DNA of 64,000 nucleotides from Polyangiaceae bacterium (GTDB lineage Bacteria; Myxococcota_A; Polyangia; Polyangiales; Polyangiaceae): NCBI GenBank assembly GCA_965222375.1, contig CBDCTZ010000011.1, positions 128,001 to 192,000 of the forward strand, read 5' to 3'. Shown piece by piece: positions 39,387 to 48,556 of this stretch (position 1 is its first letter; each line of letters starts with the position of its first letter). The notes under the pieces were generated by a model. It saw only the letters and a program-made list of their open reading frames with translations, ran no database searches and was not told where the DNA came from. The position numbers and the translations under genes were made by a program.

Positions 39387-41759
39387 CTACTCCCGGGTCT
39401 TTAGTACAGCAATCAGGTCGAGGGTGTGCAGTTTGCGCCGGACCAGGGCGAAACTGACGAAGGTGGACAGCAGTACGACGGACACTGCGTATGCGTAGGT
39501 GCGCACAGAGACGAAGGTGGGCAGCCGGAACGTCTCTGGGTCGACGCTCGATGCGAGCGCAAGGACCATCAGGTGCCCGGCGACGAGCCCCAGAGGAATA
39601 GCCAATATGACCTGCACGGACAGCTCTCCGAAGAGGATTGCCGCAATCTCGCGGCGCGTGAAGCCGAGCACCCGCAGGCTGGCCAGATCACGGTTGCGTT
39701 GTGACAGTGCGATCCGCGCGTTGTTATAAACGACGCCAATGGCGATCACGCTGGCGAAGAGCGCGAGGATGAGCGTGTAGACACGCATGATGGTGCCACT
39801 TTGCTCTTCGAACTGTTCACGGAAACTACCGGGATAGGACACTGCCGCTACCCAGGGCACCTCCTTTAGTCTCTTGAAAACGCTGTCGCGCTGATGGGGG
39901 TCGATCCGCAGGAGACCCGTGCTGAAGCTCGGTTCATCCCGAGACAGCCGCCCCACCGACGCCAGAGTCATGTGGCCTTGCATCCCGAAGGGCTCGTCAA
40001 CCAGGGAAACCACTTGCACGGACGGCTTCCGGCGGCGCCCCTCTCGCAATTCGATGGTGATGAAGTCCCCGGGCTGAACGTCCAGGACCTCCGCTAGCTT
40101 CTCCGTCAGCATCACGCCGTCGCTGGGCACGGTGACCTGATCACCCTTTTGATTCAAGATCCGGCGCAACTCGATGTCGGGTGGGTAGCCCATGAGCACG
40201 GCGTCCCGCTGGCGGTGCTTGTGGATGAAGCGAACGGGCACACTGCGGATGCCCTCAGCGTGCCACACGCCGGGCATGGCGCCGAGCTCCCGGATCGCTC
40301 GGGAGGGCACCGGTTTGATGAAAGTGACCGTGGCGCTTTCACGCATTGCGCCGTGGAACTGCACGTTCAGCATGTAGTCGATGGCGTCGTACCAGTAGCC
40401 CGCGGTGACCACGATGCCGACGGACAGCGCGATGCCCACGGAGGAGAGCAAGACCCGTAAGGGTCTGCGTTCGACCTCGCGGATCACCATGCGGGGGGCT
40501 GGGCCAACGAAACGAAACAAGCCGAGGACTTCGAGCAGGCTGCGGCGGTAGGTCGTCGGCGCAGGGGGGCGCATGGCTTCGGCGGGTGGCAGTGTGGCGA
40601 CCGCTCGCGCGGAGGCCAGGGCCCCGATGATGGCTGCCGCAAGACTGATCCCGACGCTGATCAAAGCGACCCCCGGCTCCAGGCGATACTCAGGCGTGGG
40701 GAATCGGAAGTACTGCCCGGTGTACATCTCCGTCATGGCTTCACCGAGCCAGTGGCCAACGGTGAGCCCCAGGGCTGCGCCAAGCAAGACAATCACGCTG
40801 ACCAGCTTCACGTAGTGCAGCCCGACGTCCCGGTCGGCGTAGCCCACGGCCTTCAGGGTCGCGATCTGCGATCGCTGCAGATAAACCAGGCGTGAAAGGA
40901 CGACGTTCAGCAAGAAGGCTGCGACAAACAAGAAGAAGACGGGCACGACCGTCGCCATGCCCTCGAGCTGCACGAGCTCGCCCTGCAGCATGAAGTGGGA
41001 TGGTTGTTTGGATCGCGGTACGGCGCCGATGCCGCCGTAGGGCTCGAGTATTCGATCCAGCTGCGTCAGCACCTCTGCCTCGCTGGCGCCCGGTTCGAGC
41101 TTCAGGATCACGTTGTTGAAGCCCCCTTCCATCTGGAAGGCTGCAGAAACCGCGTGCTCCGCCATCCACAGAATCGCGATGGATTTCGGATCGTAACTCA
41201 TGCCCCCCGGCGGCATGGTGAAAACAAACTCCGGGCTCATCGCGAGGCCTACGATGCGGAGCTCCCGTAGCGTGCCGTTGATCACCGCTGGCACCGTGTC
41301 ACCCAAGCTCAGCCCGTGGGCTTCAGCGAAGGCGTTGAGCAGCATCACCTCGTCGTCCCGAGCTGAATCAACCCAACGTCCAGACTTGAGGTGCAAGTCG
41401 CCCAACCCTGGGCGTGCACCTGCCGGCACGGAGACGACGGTGCCGGAAGCTGGCCGAGTCATGCCGGGCATCGGCACCATCACGCCCTCGTAGACGCGAG
41501 TTTCCACCCGCGCCACGCCGGGCAATGCTTTGATTCGCGCTTTCACGCCTCCCGGAGCGCGCTCGAGGTGCGCAAACACGTCCCCGAATCGATACCGCTC
41601 GTAGTAGGCGTCTCTCGAGAAGGTCAGCGAATCGAAGGCGCTGCGCATCGTCACATAGCTCGCGATGCCGCAGGTCACCACCAGGGCAATCGTGATCACT
41701 TGCCCAACGAGGCCGCGCAGGTCTCTCAACAGCTTCTTGTCGAGAGCGCTGATCAGCAT
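39387..41759 (-). CDS. FtsX/MacB-like ABC transporter permease (double repeat)
   Basis: LDKKLLRDL, QRSQIATLKAVGY, RNRDLASLRVLGFT, LDLIAVLKTRE. Confidence 0.92.
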   Translation of the reverse strand: MLISALDKKLLRDLRGLVGQVITIALVVTCGIASYVTMRSAFDSLTFSRDAYYERYRFGDVFAHLERAPGGVKARIKALPGVARVETRVYEGVMVPMPGMTRPASGTVVSVPAGARPGLGDLHLKSGRWVDSARDDEVMLLNAFAEAHGLSLGDTVPAVINGTLRELRIVGLAMSPEFVFTMPPGGMSYDPKSIAILWMAEHAVSAAFQMEGGFNNVILKLEPGASEAEVLTQLDRILEPYGGIGAVPRSKQPSHFMLQGELVQLEGMATVVPVFFLFVAAFLLNVVLSRLVYLQRSQIATLKAVGYADRDVGLHYVKLVSVIVLLGAALGLTVGHWLGEAMTEMYTGQYFRFPTPEYRLEPGVALISVGISLAAAIIGALASARAVATLPPAEAMRPPAPTTYRRSLLEVLGLFRFVGPAPRMVIREVERRPLRVLLSSVGIALSVGIVVTAGYWYDAIDYMLNVQFHGAMRESATVTFIKPVPSRAIRELGAMPGVWHAEGIRSVPVRFIHKHRQRDAVLMGYPPDIELRRILNQKGDQVTVPSDGVMLTEKLAEVLDVQPGDFITIELREGRRRKPSVQVVSLVDEPFGMQGHMTLASVGRLSRDEPSFSTGLLRIDPHQRDSVFKRLKEVPWVAAVSYPGSFREQFEEQSGTIMRVYTLILALFASVIAIGVVYNNARIALSQRNRDLASLRVLGFTRREIAAILFGELSVQVILAIPLGLVAGHLMVLALASSVDPETFRLPTFVSVRTYAYAVSVVLLSTFVSFALVRRKLHTLDLIAVLKTRE

Positions 41760-41915
41760 GGACGTTGCTTACAACGTTTTGTGCGGCGTGTTCAGGCTTG
41801 CCTGTTTTCCCGAAGGCGCCCGCCGCCTACTCACGCAAAGATTGCGGAATCCGTCAGGTTGGCTCGGGAGGCTTCGACAGCCGCGATGGCACTGTGCGGG
41901 TTTGCGCTGGAGGCC

Positions 41916-43232
41916 TCAGCGCGAGTGGCGGAAGTTCTTGGCGTCGAGCTTTAGGCGACGCAGGGTTTCGTAGAGCACCGAGCGACTCATGCCGAGGCGC
42001 TTGCCGGCTTCCGCGACGTTGCCGCCGGTATCCGTCAAGGCCTGTGCGACACGAGCAGCCAGTTCCGTTTCCGCGTCGGGTTCGCTCAGCCGTGACAGAG
42101 ACGCGCTCATGACTTTGCCGACGTCCGCCGGTTCGATCTCCACGTGTCCTTGGTGCTTGGCGACTTCACCAGCGGCGTGGACCACATTTCTGAGTTCCCT
42201 CACATTGCCTGGGAAAGCGTGCAGCATCAGGCGCTCCAGAGCGTGGGCGGAAATGCCCACCTCGGTTCCCTGCAAGAAATGCAGCGCCAGGGCCGGCACG
42301 TCTTCGATGCGATCTCGCAAAGATGGCAAAACGATTCGCAACCCGGAGACACGGTGCAGCAGGTCACCGCGAAAATCTCCGGTTTCTACCAGGTCGTCTA
42401 CGTCCCGATTCGTCGCAGCCACGATGCGCACATTGACTCTCATGGCCCGATCTTCACCGACTGCGCGGACCTCGTCGGTCTCGAGTACGCGCAACAACTT
42501 GGCCTGAACCGCGGCGGGCAACTCGCCGATCTCGTCCAGGAACAGCGTGCCCCCGTCGGCAGTGCGAAATAGCCCCGCCCGGGTACCCACGGCGCCGGAA
42601 AACGCTCCGCGGGCGTGGCCGAATAGTTCTGCATCCACCAGTTCGTTCGGCACCGCCGCGCAGTTGAGGGCGACGAAGTTGCCGCTTCGATCGCTGTCAT
42701 CGTGCAGGGCCTGTGCGACGACCTCTTTGCCCGTGCCCGTGTCTCCAAGAATCAAGACAGGGCTTTTGGTCTTCGCAATCGTATCGATGACGATGCGAGC
42801 GTCGTCCAGGGCCGCGCCGCCCACGATGCCAGAGAACTTCTGCGCGACAATGCGTGGTCGCAGGTAGGGCGAGACATCCAGCACGACTAGCAGGGTCTTG
42901 CCGACACGGATGATGCTGCCGGGTGGTGCTGTTGCGCCGTGGGTCCCAATCGTTTCGCCGTTGACGGAAGTTCCGTTGCGGCTCCCGAGGTCAGTTACGA
43001 ATAGAGCGCTGCCTCGGTTGTCCAGGCGAACGTGAACTCGTGAGACACCTGCGTCTTCCACACTGAAGTCCGCGCTGATGTCGCGACCAACGGTGATGCT
43101 CGGGGTGACTGCATGAGCCGTCCAGGGGAGCTGACCGCGACAGTACGCTACCAGCACACCGAGAACTGGGTGTGCGTCCTGCCCAGCGCCGGGGTAGTCA
43201 AATGCGGCTTCGGTGACGGTTCGGTCGGGCAT
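41916..43232 (-). CDS. FHA-domain sigma54-dependent enhancer-binding protein (Fis HTH)
   Basis: FHA GR...VSRVH...DLGSRNGT; GDTGTGKE, GAFSGA, LFLDEIGEL, FPGNVREL; HTH. Confidence 0.92.
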   Translation of the reverse strand: MPDRTVTEAAFDYPGAGQDAHPVLGVLVAYCRGQLPWTAHAVTPSITVGRDISADFSVEDAGVSRVHVRLDNRGSALFVTDLGSRNGTSVNGETIGTHGATAPPGSIIRVGKTLLVVLDVSPYLRPRIVAQKFSGIVGGAALDDARIVIDTIAKTKSPVLILGDTGTGKEVVAQALHDDSDRSGNFVALNCAAVPNELVDAELFGHARGAFSGAVGTRAGLFRTADGGTLFLDEIGELPAAVQAKLLRVLETDEVRAVGEDRAMRVNVRIVAATNRDVDDLVETGDFRGDLLHRVSGLRIVLPSLRDRIEDVPALALHFLQGTEVGISAHALERLMLHAFPGNVRELRNVVHAAGEVAKHQGHVEIEPADVGKVMSASLSRLSEPDAETELAARVAQALTDTGGNVAEAGKRLGMSRSVLYETLRRLKLDAKNFRHSR

Positions 43233-43339
43233 GGAGCGCAAGGATTGTAAACTGGACCGATTCCGGACGTTTCGGCCAGGGGCGCCCGGAGCGTCCGGAC
43301 ACGGGGCAGTTTACACACAAAAACCACCGAATTTGGGCC

Positions 43340-43355
43340 TGGCGCGTCCCTTGCT
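43340..43355 (+). promoter_or_regulatory. Putative sigma54 -24/-12 promoter
   Basis: TGGCGC-GTCCC-TTGCT fits TGGCAC-N5-TTGCW with exact spacing, 23 nt before ATG 43379, divergent from the EBP. Confidence 0.7.
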
Positions 43356-43378
43356 TTTCAAACAGCGGAGAAACCGCC

Positions 43379-45076
43379 ATGCGCCGCCCCCCAACCCCGA
43401 CCGCACCCGACCAGGACGAGCAAACCCTCACCCGCGAGGTCCCGGAAAGCACTGTGACGGAACTCGATGCGGCCGACCTCGAGATGCTCGCACCCGCACC
43501 AGTGTGCTCCGAGGTGACGGCGTCGATATCCGGCTTCCTGGGCGCGCCGGAGGCTCCCGCGGCCAAGCCTACCCCACGGCCGCTGCCGCGACGTTCCGCT
43601 CCGCCGCCGGCATCTCACTCCAGACTCCGAGCCGCGCGTGCGTACACTCCGCCTCCTCCCAGCGACGGTCAGGGAACTACCCCGGCGTGCCCACACCCGG
43701 TCCCCGCCTCACTGCAACGTGCATCGTGGCCGCGGCCAACCCCGCCCCCAACCAGCGCGCCACTCCCTCCCGTGGTTCCGCCTCCCGCGCCCGGCGCAGC
43801 GCTACCCCCATTGACTCCTCCGCCGCCTGCACCCAACGCAGCGCTACCCCCACTGACTCCTCCGCCGCCTGCACCCAGCGCAGCGCTACCCCCACTGACT
43901 CCGCCGCCGCCTGCACCGAGCGCGACGCTACCTCCGCTTACCCCGCCACCCGAGCCGCCTCGAACCCAGCGGCCACCGGCGAGCTCGCCCCCGGTGTCGA
44001 TTCCCCAGCTGTTGCCGCCGCCCGCGTTCCCACCGGCACCGGTTCAAGCTTACACGGTGAAGCCCTCGGAACCACCGCGCCAGGTTCGAAAAGCCTCTCA
44101 GCCGCCACCTTCACGGGTCAGCAATGCACCCGAGCCGCCATCCGTGTCGGTCGCCCCCGCGCTTGCCGCGAAGGAAGTGCCGTCGCCCCACGCGTTCTAC
44201 TCGCCCGGGCCCCCACAGCGCACCGAAGGAACTCGAGTCTTGTCGGCGCCGCCAACGGCTCCGAGCTACCCGCCCGTCGTGTCGCCGACCAAGGTGGCCC
44301 GCCGCCCCTCGTTTCGCTCCCCCCCTTCGGTCACTTCGATCCTGGCCCAGGCGCGTCGCTCGTCGCTGCTGCGCAAGCCGCATGTGCCCGTCGCCCTGGG
44401 AGGCATCGCAGGGTTTGTTCTCTTTCTGGGAGTTTGGCTGCTGGCTCGGCCCAGTCCGGCGGTTGCGGTCCCGGCTCAATCGACGGAAACCGTTCGAGTC
44501 GAGCCCGCGGCGGCGGCTCCCACGGCGCCCGCACAGACCCCCGCACCCTTGCATGCCGCGCCGGTGCTTCCGCCACAACCGACCTACGCGCCCGCGGCTC
44601 CTCCACAGCCCGTGTACGCCCCGCGCCCCGCGCAGCAGTTCGCGCATGCGCCCCATGCCGGCTACCGCTGCACGCATCCCTCCTGCCCGGCCCCAGCGTA
44701 CGTTTTTCCGCAACCGACGGCTGCAGCGCCCGACCACATACCCATCTCGCCTGGTCAGCTTCCGCTTTCGACCTTCGCCCCGGCGCAGGCCGCGGTTCCA
44801 GCCGCAAAGCCGGCCGCCGCCCCCAAGTCGGCGCCGCGGCGAGCACGCCAGGCGGTGGGACAAGCAACCGTGAACCTCAACTCAATTCCTGTCTCAAACG
44901 CTGTCCTGGACGGGCGACCACTGGGTAGCACACCGATCACGGGCATTCGCGTTCGTCCGGGCAGCCACACCGTCACGTTCATCCATCCAACCCTGGGTCG
45001 CCGACAGACCACGATCTTCGTCGGCCCAGGTCAGAAGAAGGCAGCCTTTGCCCGCTTCAGCACGAACGACGAATGA
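43379..45076 (+). CDS. Proline-rich single-TM protein with C-terminal PEGA-like domain
   Basis: PPPAPSAALPPLTP tandem units, TM GIAGFVLFLGVWLL, NSIPVSNAVLDGRPLGSTP...PGSHTVTFIHP. Confidence 0.75.
   Translation: MRRPPTPTAPDQDEQTLTREVPESTVTELDAADLEMLAPAPVCSEVTASISGFLGAPEAPAAKPTPRPLPRRSAPPPASHSRLRAARAYTPPPPSDGQGTTPACPHPVPASLQRASWPRPTPPPTSAPLPPVVPPPAPGAALPPLTPPPPAPNAALPPLTPPPPAPSAALPPLTPPPPAPSATLPPLTPPPEPPRTQRPPASSPPVSIPQLLPPPAFPPAPVQAYTVKPSEPPRQVRKASQPPPSRVSNAPEPPSVSVAPALAAKEVPSPHAFYSPGPPQRTEGTRVLSAPPTAPSYPPVVSPTKVARRPSFRSPPSVTSILAQARRSSLLRKPHVPVALGGIAGFVLFLGVWLLARPSPAVAVPAQSTETVRVEPAAAAPTAPAQTPAPLHAAPVLPPQPTYAPAAPPQPVYAPRPAQQFAHAPHAGYRCTHPSCPAPAYVFPQPTAAAPDHIPISPGQLPLSTFAPAQAAVPAAKPAAAPKSAPRRARQAVGQATVNLNSIPVSNAVLDGRPLGSTPITGIRVRPGSHTVTFIHPTLGRRQTTIFVGPGQKKAAFARFSTNDE
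43780..43945 (+). repeat. 42-bp coding tandem repeat, about 4 copies
   Basis: cctccgccgcctgcacccaRcgcagcgctacccccaYtgact units encoding PPPPAP(N/S)AALPPLT. Confidence 0.75.
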
Positions 45077-45097
45077 TTCGGACGACGAATGATTCGG
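45066..45097. repeat. Perfect 16-bp tandem duplication spanning a stop codon
   Basis: ACGACGAATGATTCGG x2. Confidence 0.8.
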
Positions 45098-45119
45098 AGT
45101 CGGAACCCTAGGAGCAGCT

Positions 45120-45449
45120 ATGGAACGTCGTGTCAGCCCACGAACTAAGACCAGCGTTGCTCTGACGGTCCGCCGCGGAGACCAGTCCTTCGTGGCTCGT
45201 TGTGTCGAGCTGTCTCAAACTGGAATGCTGGTTCGTACTCGCAAAGCGCTTCGCGAAAGTGCATGGCCCTACCTGTCCGCTACCCTCGAGCTGCCTTGCG
45301 GTGATGTGACGGTTCTGGCTCGCCGGGTTGGGACACGTGGAGACAAAGTCGCGTATGCATTCGTGGTGGTCGACGAGGTGTCCCAGGCGCGGCTCACGGA
45401 TCACCTGTTCGAGGTCATGGCCAAACGCCACCGCCGCCGTGCCGCCTAG
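45120..45449 (+). CDS. PilZ domain protein
   Basis: ERRVSPR (RxxxR) and ELSQTG (variant of D/NxSxxG). Confidence 0.75.
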   Translation: MERRVSPRTKTSVALTVRRGDQSFVARCVELSQTGMLVRTRKALRESAWPYLSATLELPCGDVTVLARRVGTRGDKVAYAFVVVDEVSQARLTDHLFEVMAKRHRRRAA

Positions 45450-45517
45450 CGGGCGCAACGACAAAGACAGCCGCATCGCCGCCTGACATGGCCTCGCGCC
45501 TGGACTAGAGTCCGATT

Positions 45518-45987
45518 GTGGTGGCGTTTCTCAGTAGAGGTCCGAGCCGTTGCCCAGCCGCCTCGCGCCGCGCGCTACCTTTAGGTGCGGCATTGGCTGC
45601 GGCGTTGGAGGCCTGTTCCGTCGAGCTTGGCCCCTGGCCTCCAAGTCGGATGCTGCTGCTGCCGGGGACGCAACCGGCGATGCGGGGGTGGATGGCTGCG
45701 TGGGGTGTTCCCACGCGACGGCGTCGGATGGCTGTCCGGCGGGGCTCACCAGTTGGGCTTCCGGTCGATGCTGCTCGCTTGAGCTGAACCTCGAGTTCAA
45801 GGATACGGTCACCTCAGGCGTCGTGCTTCACGGGGAAATAGCCATCGTGTACGGAGCGCGCGCTTCGCGGCCCTGGTTTGCACGCGTCGATCGCTGCAGT
45901 GGAGCCATCCTGGCCGAGTCATCGGACTTCGTGTCCGAGGACGGACAGCTTCGGCGTTCTGCTTGGTCTTCCTGCGGGCTTCCATGA
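45518..45987 (+). pseudogene. Frameshifted/truncated lipoprotein
   Basis: Signal LAAALEAC in the 45518 frame; body DAAAAGDATGDAG...C-rich in the 45550 frame; junction at C4 run 45631-45634; body stops early. Confidence 0.5.
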
Positions 45988-46225
45988 CACGACGTCCCCC
46001 AGTTTCGAAACGACGCTCACCGATGTGAACGAAGTGCGCGGCGTGCGCTTCGAACCCGAGCCCATCCGGACAAAAACGTCGGCAGATCCCCTTCCCGCTG
46101 CCCTGAAATCCAGAGCATTCCGGATCGGCGCGCTGTCACGTCCGGACACCTGCAAGGGCGGCAGCGCGATCGGGTCGCCTGAGGTCGGCTCGCGCTGACT
46201 CTGGGTCACTGATAGTCTGTGGCAG

Positions 46226-46990
46226 ATGCGCCTCGGACTGCTGCTGCTCTGCGTCGCCTGCTCGACGCCTACGTTCACGGAGGTGGACAAGAGCGATGCC
46301 TCCGCGGATTCCAGCGCGGGGAGCGGTGGGCTCGTGGGCAGCGGCGGTGGTTTTCCGAGTGGCGGCGCATCGGGAGCGAGCGGCACAGCGGGGGCGAGCG
46401 GCGGCTCCGCGGGAAGCGGCGGCGCGGGAGCGACGGGGGGCAGTGGCGGCGCGACCGGTGGAAGCGGCGGCGTCGGAGCCACGGGTGGGAGTGGCGGCAG
46501 TGGGACGGGCGGCGTGTCCACGGGCGGCGCGACGGGCACCGGTGGCGCACCGTGCACGGCGAGTGGTCAGAGTTGTTCTGGAGGGACCAAGTGCTGCGGC
46601 ACCGTCGCGTGCACGGGCGGAAAGTGCTGTAGCGCCTTCGAGAAGTGGTGCGGCACGGCGGCGGATTGCTGCGACGCGACCATGAAGTGCTCCAATGTGC
46701 AAAACCTGGACAACCTGGCGTGTTGTCACGGCTTGGGGACGAGTTGTTCCACTGGGCCCGATTCGTGCTGCTTCGGTGAAAACCTCATCTGCGGGCAGGA
46801 CAACAAGTGCTGCAAAAAGGCGCTTGCGACATGTTTGCAAGTTGCGGAATGCTGCTTGGGGTCTGTGTGCTCGGTTTCCAACGTGTCACCGACGGTAAAG
46901 CGATGCTGTTGGCCCAAGGGCGTTGACTGTCCCAGCACTCATGCCCAGTGCTGCAACGGTTGCGACACCGGCACGGGGAAGTGCAAGTGA
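46226..46990 (+). CDS. Lipoprotein with Gly-rich linker and knottin-like C-x6-CC repeats
   Basis: CVAC lipobox; repeats G..C.....CC....C....CC; TAGTCT 7 nt before ATG. Confidence 0.8.
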   Translation: MRLGLLLLCVACSTPTFTEVDKSDASADSSAGSGGLVGSGGGFPSGGASGASGTAGASGGSAGSGGAGATGGSGGATGGSGGVGATGGSGGSGTGGVSTGGATGTGGAPCTASGQSCSGGTKCCGTVACTGGKCCSAFEKWCGTAADCCDATMKCSNVQNLDNLACCHGLGTSCSTGPDSCCFGENLICGQDNKCCKKALATCLQVAECCLGSVCSVSNVSPTVKRCCWPKGVDCPSTHAQCCNGCDTGTGKCK

Positions 46991-47106
46991 GTCTGAGCGG
47001 GCGGCCGCGCGCTCAGCGACACGCTTGGCCCAGGGCGGGAGTAGTGGCCTAGGCTGACCCAGTCCCGCGACCCCAACCCCAATCAGGAACCGCAGCCTCC
47101 CCCTGG

Positions 47107-47811
47107 TCACCAACGGATCGTCGACGCGTCGACGCGCTGTTCGTTTACCTGGTCGGAGGCGATGACACCGTCCGCCAAGCTGACGACTCGATCGGCGACC
47201 TGCGCGGCTGGCGCGTTGTGCGTGATGATGGCTGTTGCAGTTTTGAGCTCGTCGTTGACCCGGCACAACACTTCCAGCACCTGTACGCCAGTCTTGTAGT
47301 CCAAGGCGCCGGTGGGCTCGTCGCACAGCAAGACCTGTGGGTTCTTTGCCACGGCCCGGGCGATGGCCACTCGTTGTTGTTCGCCCCCGGATAGCTGCGA
47401 TGGAAAGTGCGTGAAGCGTTCGGCCAGGCCCACCATGGCGAGAGCCTCTCGGGGGGTCATTGGGTCTTCTGCGATCTCGGTGACCAGGGCGACATTTTCT
47501 TCGGCCGTGAGGCTGGGGATCAAGTTGTAGAACTGGAACACAAAGCCGACGTGTTCGCGCCGGTAGCGCGTAAGAGCGCTTTGTTCCGCTCCGTGCAGGG
47601 GAGTTCCCCGGTAGTGCACGGTGCCGGAGGTCGGCACATCCAGCCCGCCCAAGATGTTGAGCAGCGTACTCTTGCCGCTGCCGGATGCTCCGAGGAGCAC
47701 CAAGAGCTCACCTTCAGACAGGTGGAAGTCCACCCCGCGCAAGGCATGTACGTCCACCTCGCCCATGCGGTAGGTCTTGGTCAGGCCAACCGCTTTCAGG
47801 ACCTCGCTCAC
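47107..47811 (-). CDS. ABC transporter ATP-binding protein (LolD/MacB-like)
   Basis: [39 protein letters not shown]. Confidence 0.95.
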   Translation of the reverse strand: MSEVLKAVGLTKTYRMGEVDVHALRGVDFHLSEGELLVLLGASGSGKSTLLNILGGLDVPTSGTVHYRGTPLHGAEQSALTRYRREHVGFVFQFYNLIPSLTAEENVALVTEIAEDPMTPREALAMVGLAERFTHFPSQLSGGEQQRVAIARAVAKNPQVLLCDEPTGALDYKTGVQVLEVLCRVNDELKTATAIITHNAPAAQVADRVVSLADGVIASDQVNEQRVDASTIRW

Positions 47812-48452
47812 TTGTGGCCTCCGGGCGTGCGGTGCGCCACGGCCAAGGAGTCTCCCTTGGAGCGCCCCCGATTCAACGCGCGCACTTCGATGTCGGAGAA
47901 GCCGGCTTCCCGCAGTGCACCAACAACTTCGCCTTCGCTGCGCTTCACGAAACCGTGATCCGTCACGGGACCGAACTCGTCTAACTTATCTTTGCTTCCA
48001 AACCCGATAACCAGGCGACCATCCGGCGCCAGCACCCGTCCTAGAGAGCTGAAGGCAGCAGGCAGATCCGGCCAGAAGTAGATGGTGTTGGTGGTGAGTA
48101 TTTTCGTAAACAAGCCGTCCGCCAAAGGCAGCTCCAAGACGTCGGCGGAAAGTAGAGTCAGGCGTCCACTTCGAATCAGGTTCCGCAGACTGCGCTGGCC
48201 TTCCGCCACGACGTCCGGTGAGAAGTCCACGCCAAAAAGCGGCCCGGCCGTCATCGTTGCTGCTCGCCGCAAGGCGCGACCTCCACCAAAGCCCAGGTCC
48301 AGCAGTGCATCGTCCTTTTGCAGTTCGAGGGCGTTCAAGCATTCCTCGATCAAGTCGGCATTGCCCCGGTTCAGCGCACGCGTCATGACCCAACGACCGA
48401 AGCGGCCCGAAGGACGTCGGAGTTGCGCGGCAAGGAGCTTCGCGAAAGGCAC
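47808..48452 (-). CDS. Class I SAM-dependent methyltransferase
   Basis: [36 protein letters not shown]; overlaps the ATPase start. Confidence 0.88.
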   Translation of the reverse strand: MPFAKLLAAQLRRPSGRFGRWVMTRALNRGNADLIEECLNALELQKDDALLDLGFGGGRALRRAATMTAGPLFGVDFSPDVVAEGQRSLRNLIRSGRLTLLSADVLELPLADGLFTKILTTNTIYFWPDLPAAFSSLGRVLAPDGRLVIGFGSKDKLDEFGPVTDHGFVKRSEGEVVGALREAGFSDIEVRALNRGRSKGDSLAVAHRTPGGHK

Positions 48453-48556
48453 GGTCCCTGGACGCTAGCAGACTGTGTGGGCTTTGCCTGTCTTTGCCCG
48501 CGGGGCGGCCCGCGCCGATTCTGGTCACCGGGGCAGGGCTGATCTAGCGTGGCGGC

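Noticed and set aside
43213..44928. 571-aa alternative-frame ORF over the Pro-rich gene
   Set aside because: No domain features; the 43379 frame has an RBS, a TM and a PEGA-like domain
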